From the NCBI GenBank assembly GCA_035630035.1, contig DASQLL010000055.1:1-36895 (forward strand): DNA of 36,895 bases, read 5' to 3'. The DNA comes from Pyrinomonadaceae bacterium (lineage in GTDB: Bacteria; Acidobacteriota; Blastocatellia; Pyrinomonadales; Pyrinomonadaceae). The notes below the pieces were generated by a model. That model did not search any database. It was not told the origin of the DNA and saw only the letters and a list, made by a program, of their open reading frames with translations. The translations under genes were made by a program, and so were the position numbers. This document shows positions 22,887-31,262 of the stretch, one piece after another (the stretch's first letter is position 1; the number at the start of each line of letters is the position of its first letter).

Positions 22887-24222
22887 CTCCCTCGTCCTCC
22901 TTCCGATAGACCACGTGGAACCAGCTCTCGAACGTGCCGCCGGGGACGCCGTTGCCCGTCGGCAACAGGCCGCGCAGGAAGTTGCCGTCCACGGGGTTGC
23001 CGTGGCAGTCGAGAATGAAATCGCACTTGAGCCGGACGTACACGGTGTTGCCGACGATGGTCTCGCCGCGGCGGTCGGCGCGCAGCTCGCCGCGGCGGTC
23101 GCCGCGGTAGGCCGGTCGGATGTAGTCGGGATCGATAGTGAAGACGGCGCGGCAGTCGTCTTCAAGCGCGGGCGGGCTGTCGGCGTCGTAGGGCAGGAAC
23201 TCCACGTCGCGCTGGATGCCGCCGTACTCAACGACGAAGGTCAGTGGGCTGACGCCGGTCGCGTCGCCGTCGGCCTCGCGCAGCTTGCGGTCGAAGAGGA
23301 CTTCGAGCCGGCCGCCCATCCGTTCGTTCAACTCTTCGAGCGTCACCTCGCCGCCGTGCGGCCAGTTGACGTGGACGACGTGTGTGAGCAGGTCGGGCGG
23401 CGTCGGCAGGTAGCGACGCCCGCGGCGTCGGATGCGGAAGCCCGCCGAAGGGTCGTCCGTGTTGACCTCGATGTAGGCGAGCGGCACATACTCGCCGCAG
23501 GGGCAGACGGGCTCGATGCACGTCCCGCCGGGGCCGGGCAGTTCGTCGCCGCAGTCGTCGCGGCAGGGCGCTTCGGGGTCGCCGCCGGGGGTGCGCCAGC
23601 AATCCCCCTGCACGTCTTCGAGCTTGACGACGACGATTTCGGCGCGCTCGCGCACGCGGTTGGCCTCGACGCGCGCGGGGTCGCACGCGCCCTCGCTGTA
23701 GAGCGCAGGCACGCGCTCTATCTCGTCCTCCGTGTAGCGGAGCGCGAGCAGGAAAGGCTCGGCCAATACTTCGTCGCCGCCCGTGCCGCCTTCGCCCCCC
23801 GATGCTTCGCCGTGGCCCTCTGTGCCCTCGCCGTACGAGCGCGACTGTTGGCCGCCCTCGTCCTCTTCCGCCGCGCGGGGCGGCAGCGGCAGCTCGAAGG
23901 CCGTCGCCTGCTCGATGATCAGCTCGCGGCCGCAGCAGTCGAGCGCGACGCCCGGGTGCACGACGACCCAGCGGCGCGCGCACTCCGAGTCGGGGTTGCG
24001 CCGGTAGTCCGGGTGGTGCGTGACCTTGAGGCCACAGACGATGCCCCAGCCGTGGAGCAGGTGGTTGTGCAGGCGGTGGCGGCTCAGGAAGTAGGTCTGC
24101 TCGTCCTGAAAATCGCGCGCGGCCATGTACTTGCCTGTAAAGTAGCGGTTGCGCTCGGCGGCGATGTAGCCGCACTCGCCCTGCCCGCAACGGCAATCGT
24201 CCTCGTGCCCTTTTGAACGCAT
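22855..24222 (-). CDS. eCIS fibre-position protein, paralog 1 of 4: Cys-rich (455 aa)
   Basis: Start re-set to the ATG at 24222 (GGAGGA upstream, 17 nt after the previous stop). DDCRCGQGECG...RYFTGKYMAARDFQDEQTYFLSRHRLHNHLLHGWGIVCGLKV...HPGVALDCCGRELII. Many further Cys pairs. Confidence 0.7.
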   Translation of the reverse strand: MRSKGHEDDCRCGQGECGYIAAERNRYFTGKYMAARDFQDEQTYFLSRHRLHNHLLHGWGIVCGLKVTHHPDYRRNPDSECARRWVVVHPGVALDCCGRELIIEQATAFELPLPPRAAEEDEGGQQSRSYGEGTEGHGEASGGEGGTGGDEVLAEPFLLALRYTEDEIERVPALYSEGACDPARVEANRVRERAEIVVVKLEDVQGDCWRTPGGDPEAPCRDDCGDELPGPGGTCIEPVCPCGEYVPLAYIEVNTDDPSAGFRIRRRGRRYLPTPPDLLTHVVHVNWPHGGEVTLEELNERMGGRLEVLFDRKLREADGDATGVSPLTFVVEYGGIQRDVEFLPYDADSPPALEDDCRAVFTIDPDYIRPAYRGDRRGELRADRRGETIVGNTVYVRLKCDFILDCHGNPVDGNFLRGLLPTGNGVPGGTFESWFHVVYRKEDEGDGNDDADRAE

Positions 24223-24239
24223 CGTCCGTCTCCTCCGAC

Positions 24240-26630
24240 TCACGTCAAGACTGTCCCAAGGCCGGCGCGCGTCCCGCGCCCGACCCGTAGCGTGGGCCGG
24301 TCTGCGGCCTGCGCGGCCAGGATCATGTCGTAGCCCAAGCGGCCCGCGGGCGGCCGGCTCGGCGGCGTGTCGGCGTCGTGGCGACACGCGAGCCTCGCCC
24401 GCGGGTGCGCCCCGACGACCGTGTCTATCCCGACCGTTGACTGGAGCCCGACGCGGAAGCGCGGCTCGACGAGGCAAAGGTCGAAACTGGTGTGCGCCGG
24501 CTTCTCGGCGTTGAGGGCGCGGCGCACCATCTCCTCGTCCCTTGCCGTGCGCACCCATGCCGAAGGGACGAAGACGCGGAAGCGGTGCGCGAATTCGTGG
24601 AAGAGGTCGCGCTCCGGGTCGCCCGTCGAGACCAGCCGCGTCTCGCCCTCGCGCGCGAACTCGCCGAGCCGCAAGCGGCCGACCGCGCTCTGACTCCAGA
24701 GCGGCGCGCCGACTGAGAGCGCCGCCCCGTCGCCGCAGCCGAGCGTCATCCGCTGGCGCTCGCGGAAGCCCTCGACGACCTGCGGGTACTCGCCCTGCTG
24801 CTCGTGGCTCAGCCCCGTGATGTTCTCAAGGTAGACGCGTAGGAACCTGCGCAGCCCCTCGGCCGTCCCACGCCGCGCCGCCGAACTCGGCTCGACCTCC
24901 GACAGGCACTCGTCGTTCGCGCCCGAAACCTTCCACCTGCCGAAGTAGATTCCGGCGGCGGCTTCGAGCAGCCGCCGCTTCTGCTCAGATTTCCAGGTGC
25001 CTTCAAGCGGCAGCGCGAACCAACTCGCCAGCCATTCGAGCGCCTTCCCGCCCGGCACCGCCTTCGCATTGAAGAGCGCCAACGAGTCCTCGTCGGCCGG
25101 CACCGCCTTCGGATCGAAGAGCGCCGCCGAGTCATCAATGCGCCGCTCCAACTCGTCCCACTCGGTCTGGAAGATCGAGAGGAAGCGTTCGAGGAAGTGC
25201 CGCGTCTCCTCGTCGGACGAGTAGACGGCCGGCAGGTACGCGAGGTAAGACTGGCGCGGGTAATGGATGCGCGCCGACTTTACCGACGGCGTCCCGTAGC
25301 CGTCGCCGGTCAGCCGAATCTTCAGCCAGAGGAACTGCCCTTCGTGACTTTGCACGAGGAACTCGTGAGGGACGCCTGTCGGCTCGTCCGCGCACGGCTC
25401 TCGCACAGCTCCCCCTTTCGGCTTCGCGCGCGGTGGGCGCGCGAGCCTTCCGGCCGCCTCGTGGCTCTTGCTCCACAGACTTTCGGGACGCGCGCGCACC
25501 TCGTCGTCGGTCAGCTTCTGCGCGTCCGTGTAGGTGTAGACTTCGAGGCGCGTCCCCGCGGGCAGCGCGCCGACCCCAAGCTCGACGCGGTGCCACTGGC
25601 AGCGGTAAATCTCGCTGTCGAGCGCCTCGCTCAACCACTCGCCCTTGGCCGCGTAGAGCCTCGGCCCCGCGTGGCGCTCCGCGGGGAGGCGCACGCGCCG
25701 ACCCTCCCGGTCGAAGACGAGCCCGCCGGGCGGCTTCGACGCGCAGGCTCCGAGCGGCGACTCGGCCGCCGGCGGGTCGCAGGGCGCGCGCCGGTCGCAC
25801 GCGCGCATGAGCCCTTCGGGCAGGCAGAAGCGCCAGGGCTCCTTCTCGCCGTCGCCCGATAGGCGCAGCGGCGGCGGCTCGAAGCTCTCGCGCACGTCGC
25901 CCGCATCCGTCAACGTCTCCTTGAAACGCCCGCCCGCGTCATAGACCCTGAGCCTCCGCTTCCCGGCGTCGAGCAGATAGACGAGCCCTTCCGTGTCCAC
26001 CGCTACGCGCGACCAGAGCCCGCGTGCGTTGCGCTCGTCAATCAGAAGCCGGAGCGTGTCCGTCCCCGGCCGGTGCGTGTAGACGCGCGCGCGGCGGCGG
26101 TCGAGGATGTGCGCAAGACCGCCGCGCGCGGCCACGTCAACGGGCTCCCACGCGTCCGGGTCGTCGGCGCGCGTGCGTCGGCCGCGCGCGTCCAGAGGCC
26201 CGAAGACGTGGCGCACGGCCAGCGTCCCCAATGCGAAGACCTGCACGCGGCGGTTGCCGCGGTCGGCGACGTAGAGGCTGTGGCCGGCGACGGCGATGGC
26301 CGAGGCGTCGCGGAACTGCCGCACGTCCGAGCCCTGCTCGGCGCCGACGGCCGCGAGCGCGACGAACTCACGCCACTCGGGGTCGAAGCGACGCACGCCC
26401 GCCAGCTCGCGCCCGAGGATGTAGAACGTGCCCTCGTCGTCCAACGCCACCCGCGCCGGCAGGACGAGGCCGCCGAGGCTGTCGTCCTGGCTCGTCAGCG
26501 CGAGCGGCCCCGCCGGGTCGGCGTCGAGGCGCAGCCCCCCCCGCGCGCTCACGCTCACGCCGTCGGACGAGGCCGTGCGCCAGCCGGTGCGCCCGTCGAG
26601 CAGGAATGATTTGGGGCCTTTTGGTCGCAT
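24240..26630 (-). CDS. Baseplate protein, P2 gpI-like phage-tail domain (Cis12 position) with an N-terminal NHL-type repeat region (796 aa)
   Basis: The C-terminal half carries the phage tail protein signature YLPAVYSSDEETRHFLERFLSIFQTEWDELERRIDD. The N-terminal ~250 aa carry repeats such as SLYVADRGNRRVQVF and LVYLLDAGKRRLRVYD. No obvious SD at the ATG at 26630. Confidence 0.8.
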   Translation of the reverse strand: MRPKGPKSFLLDGRTGWRTASSDGVSVSARGGLRLDADPAGPLALTSQDDSLGGLVLPARVALDDEGTFYILGRELAGVRRFDPEWREFVALAAVGAEQGSDVRQFRDASAIAVAGHSLYVADRGNRRVQVFALGTLAVRHVFGPLDARGRRTRADDPDAWEPVDVAARGGLAHILDRRRARVYTHRPGTDTLRLLIDERNARGLWSRVAVDTEGLVYLLDAGKRRLRVYDAGGRFKETLTDAGDVRESFEPPPLRLSGDGEKEPWRFCLPEGLMRACDRRAPCDPPAAESPLGACASKPPGGLVFDREGRRVRLPAERHAGPRLYAAKGEWLSEALDSEIYRCQWHRVELGVGALPAGTRLEVYTYTDAQKLTDDEVRARPESLWSKSHEAAGRLARPPRAKPKGGAVREPCADEPTGVPHEFLVQSHEGQFLWLKIRLTGDGYGTPSVKSARIHYPRQSYLAYLPAVYSSDEETRHFLERFLSIFQTEWDELERRIDDSAALFDPKAVPADEDSLALFNAKAVPGGKALEWLASWFALPLEGTWKSEQKRRLLEAAAGIYFGRWKVSGANDECLSEVEPSSAARRGTAEGLRRFLRVYLENITGLSHEQQGEYPQVVEGFRERQRMTLGCGDGAALSVGAPLWSQSAVGRLRLGEFAREGETRLVSTGDPERDLFHEFAHRFRVFVPSAWVRTARDEEMVRRALNAEKPAHTSFDLCLVEPRFRVGLQSTVGIDTVVGAHPRARLACRHDADTPPSRPPAGRLGYDMILAAQAADRPTLRVGRGTRAGLGTVLT

Positions 26631-26647
26631 GTCGAAAAGCCGAGTCG

Positions 26648-28672
26648 TTACAAGTTGACCGCGGGCACGACGACGATCTCGTGTTCGGCGACGCCGTAGA
26701 CGAGGCCGTCGGGGCCGACCTTCACCGCCTTGTCTCTCTCGTGCGGACGGCCGTCAACCGTGACGGCGAGGTAAGAGACCGAGACGACATCCTTCACGTC
26801 GAGGATGACGTTGAAGAGGTTCGTCGGGAAGAACTCGCGCCCGAAGTCCCACCCGGGCTTCGCGCCGCCCTGCGCGTCGGGACACTTGGAGGCGGGCTTG
26901 GAGTCGTCGTCGGACTGCTTGCGCCCGAGCGGGTCGAGGTACTCGTTGATGGCCGCGGCCACGTCGAGCGCGACCGTGTCGAAGGCCGCGTAGGGCTGCG
27001 CCGCGACCTGCGCCTCGACCTTGACGGCCTGATACTCCGGCCCTTTGACGTAAATCTCGGCCGTGAGCGGGCGGCGCTTGTCGAGGTACTGGCAGACGCG
27101 CCGCAGCAGGTCGGCCGAAGGCTTCGGCGCGGGGTCTTCGATGTCGGCCTCGGGGACGACGACGACGGTCACGGCGCCGGGGACTTCGACGCCGGGGTGA
27201 TCGGGGTGCATGAGCGAGATGGCCGTCGCCTTGCAGACCTCGCCCGCCTCGGCCGCGAGTGCCGCGAAGTCGTCGCCCGTGATGGCGCGGTCGCGGCTGC
27301 GCAGGAGCCGGGGCGCACGCTCCCTCAGCGTCTCGACCTTCTGCTCGTCGCGCCCGCCCGTCGCGGGACGCTCGTTCGTCACCTTCTCGACGCCGACGAG
27401 CGACGAGACGATTGACGTGACGAGCCCCGAGGGGACGTTACCCGCCCCTCCGCCGCCCGCAAGGTATTGTCGCGCGATGATGTCGACGCCCGCGGGTGGG
27501 ATGAGGCCGCGTGCCCCGTCGCCGAAGCGTATCTCGCCGGTCGTCGCGCTCAGCGTGTAGTGCCGGCTCTCGGGGCCGGAGGCGAGGAAGTCGTCCACGC
27601 GTTGCCAAGTCTGCGACTCGACGTTGTCCTGCTCGACGACGAGTTCGAGCGAGTCGGGCTGCACGGGCCTCTGCCGCAGTGTGAAGAACTGTTCGGGGGT
27701 GCCATCACTCTTGCCGGGGAAGCCGTTGCTCTTGCCGACGAACTCGTCGCGCACGGTCGAGAGGTTTTCGGCCTCGACCGTGTTGGGGCGTATGAAGTCC
27801 ACGACCGGGGGCTGACCCGCGGGGTAAGTGCCGGAGGCGAGGCGCACACGCAGCCAGTAGCGCGGCTCGGCCACCTTCTCTACAACGGTCGGCTCAACCT
27901 CCTTCGGCCCTTCGACCAAGATGTAGCCCTCGCGCGTGAAGGCGACGCTCTCGTCCTTGTAGACACTCAACCGCCGCCAGCGCGGTGCTTTGTCAGAGGG
28001 GAGGTACTCCCAGACGAGCGTGACGGGCGGGGCGGGGGCCTGCGCGACCTCTCGGCAACTGACGGGCCTGCCGGCCTGCGACGCCGGAGGTAGAAAGACG
28101 CGGAAGCGCATCTCCTGCGGGAAGGGGCGCGACGGCGGCGGGCGGGGCGGAGTGAAGCCGAGGTAGAGCGCGCTGCCTGACTGCGGGAGCCAGCCGAAGG
28201 GCGGGAAGGTCGTGCCGGGGGTGTTGTTCGCTTCGGTCAGCACGGTGAAGGCGGCGCCGTCGAAGACCTGCACGTCGGTGAGCGGAACTCTGATCAGGTC
28301 GAGCCCTTCACGCGTCTCGAAGACAACGGAGCTGCCTTCGGGCGACTGCGCCTGAATCTGCGCGCGGCGCGGGACGGACTCGACCGCCGCGCCGGCCACA
28401 GCCGTGAACGTCAGGTGCGCGGTGGCCGGCTGCGCGGGCTGTAGCTCCATGCCGAGCAGTTGCAGGAACTTGATGTAGTTGCGATCCGGCACGCGGTTCA
28501 TCTGGTAGAGCATCATCTCGGTGAGCCACGCGAAGAGCTGGACGAGCGTGATGCCTGGGTCGCTCTCGTTGAAGTCCGTCCACTGGGGCGTGTAGCGCGG
28601 GATGCGCAGCTCCGCCTCGCGCAGGAGGTCTTCAAACTTCCGTGTGTCGAGTTGTGGCGCTTCGAGTGGCAC
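26648..28672 (-). CDS. Baseplate J-like protein (gp6/gpJ; Cis11 position), 674 aa
   Basis: GTG start with GAGGAGG upstream. The N-terminus APQLDTRKFEDLLREAELRIPRYTPQWTDFNESDPGITLVQLFAWLTEMMLYQMNRVPDRNY is the characteristic putative-baseplate-assembly-protein opening. Confidence 0.88.
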   Translation of the reverse strand: MPLEAPQLDTRKFEDLLREAELRIPRYTPQWTDFNESDPGITLVQLFAWLTEMMLYQMNRVPDRNYIKFLQLLGMELQPAQPATAHLTFTAVAGAAVESVPRRAQIQAQSPEGSSVVFETREGLDLIRVPLTDVQVFDGAAFTVLTEANNTPGTTFPPFGWLPQSGSALYLGFTPPRPPPSRPFPQEMRFRVFLPPASQAGRPVSCREVAQAPAPPVTLVWEYLPSDKAPRWRRLSVYKDESVAFTREGYILVEGPKEVEPTVVEKVAEPRYWLRVRLASGTYPAGQPPVVDFIRPNTVEAENLSTVRDEFVGKSNGFPGKSDGTPEQFFTLRQRPVQPDSLELVVEQDNVESQTWQRVDDFLASGPESRHYTLSATTGEIRFGDGARGLIPPAGVDIIARQYLAGGGGAGNVPSGLVTSIVSSLVGVEKVTNERPATGGRDEQKVETLRERAPRLLRSRDRAITGDDFAALAAEAGEVCKATAISLMHPDHPGVEVPGAVTVVVVPEADIEDPAPKPSADLLRRVCQYLDKRRPLTAEIYVKGPEYQAVKVEAQVAAQPYAAFDTVALDVAAAINEYLDPLGRKQSDDDSKPASKCPDAQGGAKPGWDFGREFFPTNLFNVILDVKDVVSVSYLAVTVDGRPHERDKAVKVGPDGLVYGVAEHEIVVVPAVNL

Positions 28673-28685
28673 GCTTGCGGCCTCC

Positions 28686-29084
28686 TCAGCCGGCTCCCTC
28701 GTTGATGAAGAAGGGGTAGACGAGATTGTAGAAGGCGTTGTTGGAGCGGACGCGGTAATCGACCCGGATGAGCATGTAGTTGCGCGCCTCCGGTTCGGTC
28801 TCGACGCGCACGTCCGTCACGTCGATCCGCGGCTCCCAGCGGACGAGCGCCTCGCGCACGCGCGTCTGCACGAGCCCGCGCAACGCCGCCGTGTTCGGCT
28901 CGAAGACGAGGTCGTGGATGCCGCAGCCGAAGTCGGGGCGCATCTGTCGTTCGCCGGGCGCGGTGCTCATGATGAGCCAGATGCTCTGGCGTATCTTCTC
29001 CTCGCCGCCCGAGAACGAGAGTCGGCCGCCCGGCCCGGGCCTGACGGGGAAGCTCCAACCCCGCCCAATGAAATCTCGCTCCAT
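28686..29084 (-). CDS. GPW/gp25-family baseplate wedge protein (Cis9 position)
   Basis: 132 aa. FIGRGWSFPV...EEKIRQSIWLIMSTAPGERQMRPDFGCGIHDLVFEP is the classic gp25 motif. GAGAGGAG SD. Confidence 0.9.
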   Translation of the reverse strand: MERDFIGRGWSFPVRPGPGGRLSFSGGEEKIRQSIWLIMSTAPGERQMRPDFGCGIHDLVFEPNTAALRGLVQTRVREALVRWEPRIDVTDVRVETEPEARNYMLIRVDYRVRSNNAFYNLVYPFFINEGAG

Positions 29085-29121
29085 CCGCCGTCCGCTCCTC
29101 TCATCCGCTTCCGCGCCGACT

Positions 29122-29508
29122 TCAGCCGATCATCACCGTGCCCGTCGCGACGACGGTTCCGACGGGGAGGTCTACCGGGTCGTTGCAGGTCAGCGCGGTG
29201 TCGCCGTTGCGCGCCGCCGCCTTGTTGTTGATAAAGACGGTGGCGCTGCCGGTGCTGATCTGCGCCCTGTTCTTGGGCGGGTTGACGAACGAGCCGCCCT
29301 GCGGGATGTGCGGCGGTGTGTTCGTCGCCGTGCTGTTGAGCGTCGCCGCCGGCCGCGACTCAATATTCACGTCGCTGCTCAGGGAGCCGTCGATGATGCC
29401 GCTGAACGGGTGCGGGACGGGGATGGGCGAAGAAGGCCCGGGCGGCTGAATCAGGTGTGTGTCAGTCGCCGTCACGCGGTCGCCCTGCTTGGCTGCGGGT
29501 TGCCCCAT
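29122..29508 (-). CDS. PAAR-like spike-tip protein (Cis10 position)
   Basis: 128 aa. GDRVTATDTHL...TVFINNKAAARNGDTALTCNDP fits PAAR-type repeats. GAGGAGG SD. It lies directly downstream of the spike gene. Confidence 0.8.
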   Translation of the reverse strand: MGQPAAKQGDRVTATDTHLIQPPGPSSPIPVPHPFSGIIDGSLSSDVNIESRPAATLNSTATNTPPHIPQGGSFVNPPKNRAQISTGSATVFINNKAAARNGDTALTCNDPVDLPVGTVVATGTVMIG

Positions 29509-29521
29509 CGTCGTCGCCTCC

Positions 29522-30106
29522 TCAGTTGATGTTGACGGTCGCGCCCTTGATCGTCATCGTCCCCGACGCCTGGAGCGTCATGTTGCCGCTGGCCTTGATC
29601 TCGACGGTCGTCGCGTCCACCTTGACCGTCCCGCTCCCGGCCTTCACCTCCACGTCGCCAGAGTCGCAGGTGACTTGAATCTTCTGGTTGGCGCTGTCGA
29701 GGACGACCTTGCGCTTGCCGTCGCTCGCGATGATCTCGATCTTCTCCTTGCCCTGCGTGTCGTCGAAGATGAGCAGGTGCGCGCTGCGCGACTTGATGAC
29801 GCGGATATCGTTCTTCGCGGACTGCACGCCCTCGTCGGGCGGCGTGTCGGTCTGGCTCCACAGCGAGCCGAGGACGTAGGGGCGGCGCACGTCGCCCAGC
29901 TCGAAGGCGACCAGCACCTCGTCGCCGACCTCGGGGCGGAAGAACTGCCCGCGATCTTTGCCCGCCATCGGCGTGACGAGCCGCGCCCAGTCGCTCTCCT
30001 GGTCGGCGAGCGTGGGGTACTTCACCTTGACGCGCCCGAGCTTCTCCGGGTCATTGAGGTCGGTCACGAGGCCGATGATGATGCCGTTGACCTGCTGTCC
30101 GCCCAT
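29522..30106 (-). CDS. gpV/gp5-like baseplate spike protein (OB-fold, VgrG-like; Cis8 position)
   Basis: 194 aa. GLVTDLNDPEKLGRVKVKYPTLADQESDWARLVTPMAGKDRGQFFRPEVGDEVLVAFELGDVRRPYVLGSLW is the Phage_base_V / VgrG OB-fold signature, followed by a beta-helical tail (VTCDSGDVEVKAGSGTVKVDATTVEIKASG). Confidence 0.9.
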   Translation of the reverse strand: MGGQQVNGIIIGLVTDLNDPEKLGRVKVKYPTLADQESDWARLVTPMAGKDRGQFFRPEVGDEVLVAFELGDVRRPYVLGSLWSQTDTPPDEGVQSAKNDIRVIKSRSAHLLIFDDTQGKEKIEIIASDGKRKVVLDSANQKIQVTCDSGDVEVKAGSGTVKVDATTVEIKASGNMTLQASGTMTIKGATVNIN

Positions 30107-30122
30107 TGCGTCCTCACCCCCT

Positions 30123-31262
30123 TTAAAGTTCCTCGCGGCGACACTCGAACTGCGTGGTGTAGCCGGCGTCGGTGATGGAGTGTGTCGTGCCCGTCAGGAA
30201 GTAGCGTCCGCTGAAGCGGTCGCCCATGCCGTCGATCATGACGACGCCCCCGGCGCGCAGGTCGGGCAGGCCGACGACCGTGCCGCGCCCCTTAAGCATC
30301 TCCTTGGCAATCTGTTCGAGCGTCTCGACGGCGAGCTTCTTGGCCTCGTTGAGGCTGTTCACGGGGCGGTCGGCGATGATCTCCTCACGGTCGCCGAACG
30401 ACTGCTCGACGGCCCCCTGCCGCCCCTTCGACCCGACGCCCTTCGTCCGCAGCTCCTTGCGCGTGGCCGTGTACTTAATCCGCTCCTTCTTCTTGTTGTC
30501 CCAGCCGAAGACCGTCACCTTGCCGACCTGCATGGCCGTCGAAAGTTCGGGTTGGAACTCGACGAGCGATTTGCCGAAGGAGAGCTGGTAGGTGACGCGC
30601 TTGACGCCGTCCGACTTGCCGAAGTAGAGCTTGCTCTCGCCCGCCGTGTCGTTCTCCGAAGACTCCTTGACGAAGATGTCGTAGCCGACGCGGCGCGCGC
30701 GCTCCATCAGGAAGATGATGTCGTACTTGTTGTCCTGGAGGACGTAGTCGTAGCGCTCCTCCTTCTCGAGCGGGTTGGTCTCGACCGTGACGCCGAGCTT
30801 CTCCTTGAGCCGCTTACCGACCTCCTGAGCGATGCTGCTGTCGGTCTGCCTGACGTAGGTGTGCGACTCCTGCTTCGTGCGCATGCGGTGGATCAGGTTG
30901 AGCCCGCTGATGGCGAGCGTCGGCTGCCCCGTCGCCGGGAAGTTCGGGCGCAGCGACGTGATCTCGCCCTTAATCATCAGCCGGAGCTTGTCCTTGCCGA
31001 AGTAGCCCATCCAGAGTTCGATCTCCTTGCCGGGGTCGAAGATGGTGTCGTCGATGTACTTGAAGGAGCGCTTCTCGGCGTCCCAGTTGTTGATGGTGAT
31101 CTCGAACGAGTCCACCTCCTGCAAGCTGTCTTTGTAGCTGACCTGGACGATGTCGCGCACGACGTCCTTGTCGAGCAGGCGGCCGCGCAGCTTCACCTCG
31201 AAGGCGGGAACGTAGAACTCCTGCCCCTGATAGATCGGGATGGCTGTCGTGTCGGTGCTCAT
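30123..31262 (-). CDS. Phage late control gene D-like hub protein (gp27-like), 379 aa
   Basis: Start re-set to the ATG at 31262, which overlaps the LysM gene stop as ATGA. The overall layout and the C-terminal SGRYFLTGTTHSITDAGYTTQFECRRE resemble gpD-family ends. Confidence 0.8.
   Translation of the reverse strand: MSTDTTAIPIYQGQEFYVPAFEVKLRGRLLDKDVVRDIVQVSYKDSLQEVDSFEITINNWDAEKRSFKYIDDTIFDPGKEIELWMGYFGKDKLRLMIKGEITSLRPNFPATGQPTLAISGLNLIHRMRTKQESHTYVRQTDSSIAQEVGKRLKEKLGVTVETNPLEKEERYDYVLQDNKYDIIFLMERARRVGYDIFVKESSENDTAGESKLYFGKSDGVKRVTYQLSFGKSLVEFQPELSTAMQVGKVTVFGWDNKKKERIKYTATRKELRTKGVGSKGRQGAVEQSFGDREEIIADRPVNSLNEAKKLAVETLEQIAKEMLKGRGTVVGLPDLRAGGVVMIDGMGDRFSGRYFLTGTTHSITDAGYTTQFECRREEL

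Noticed and set aside
19225-24216. Long plus-strand ORFs (19225-20703, 21021-23018, 22711-24216). Similar ones lie at 26024-27415, 29958-31490, 13114-13812, 15951-16988, 17490-18515 and 35559-36725.
   Set aside because: All lie antisense to minus-strand genes with clear family motifs. Their translations are Arg/Ala/Gly/Pro-rich low-complexity strings typical of shadow ORFs in high-GC DNA, and they lack SD motifs.
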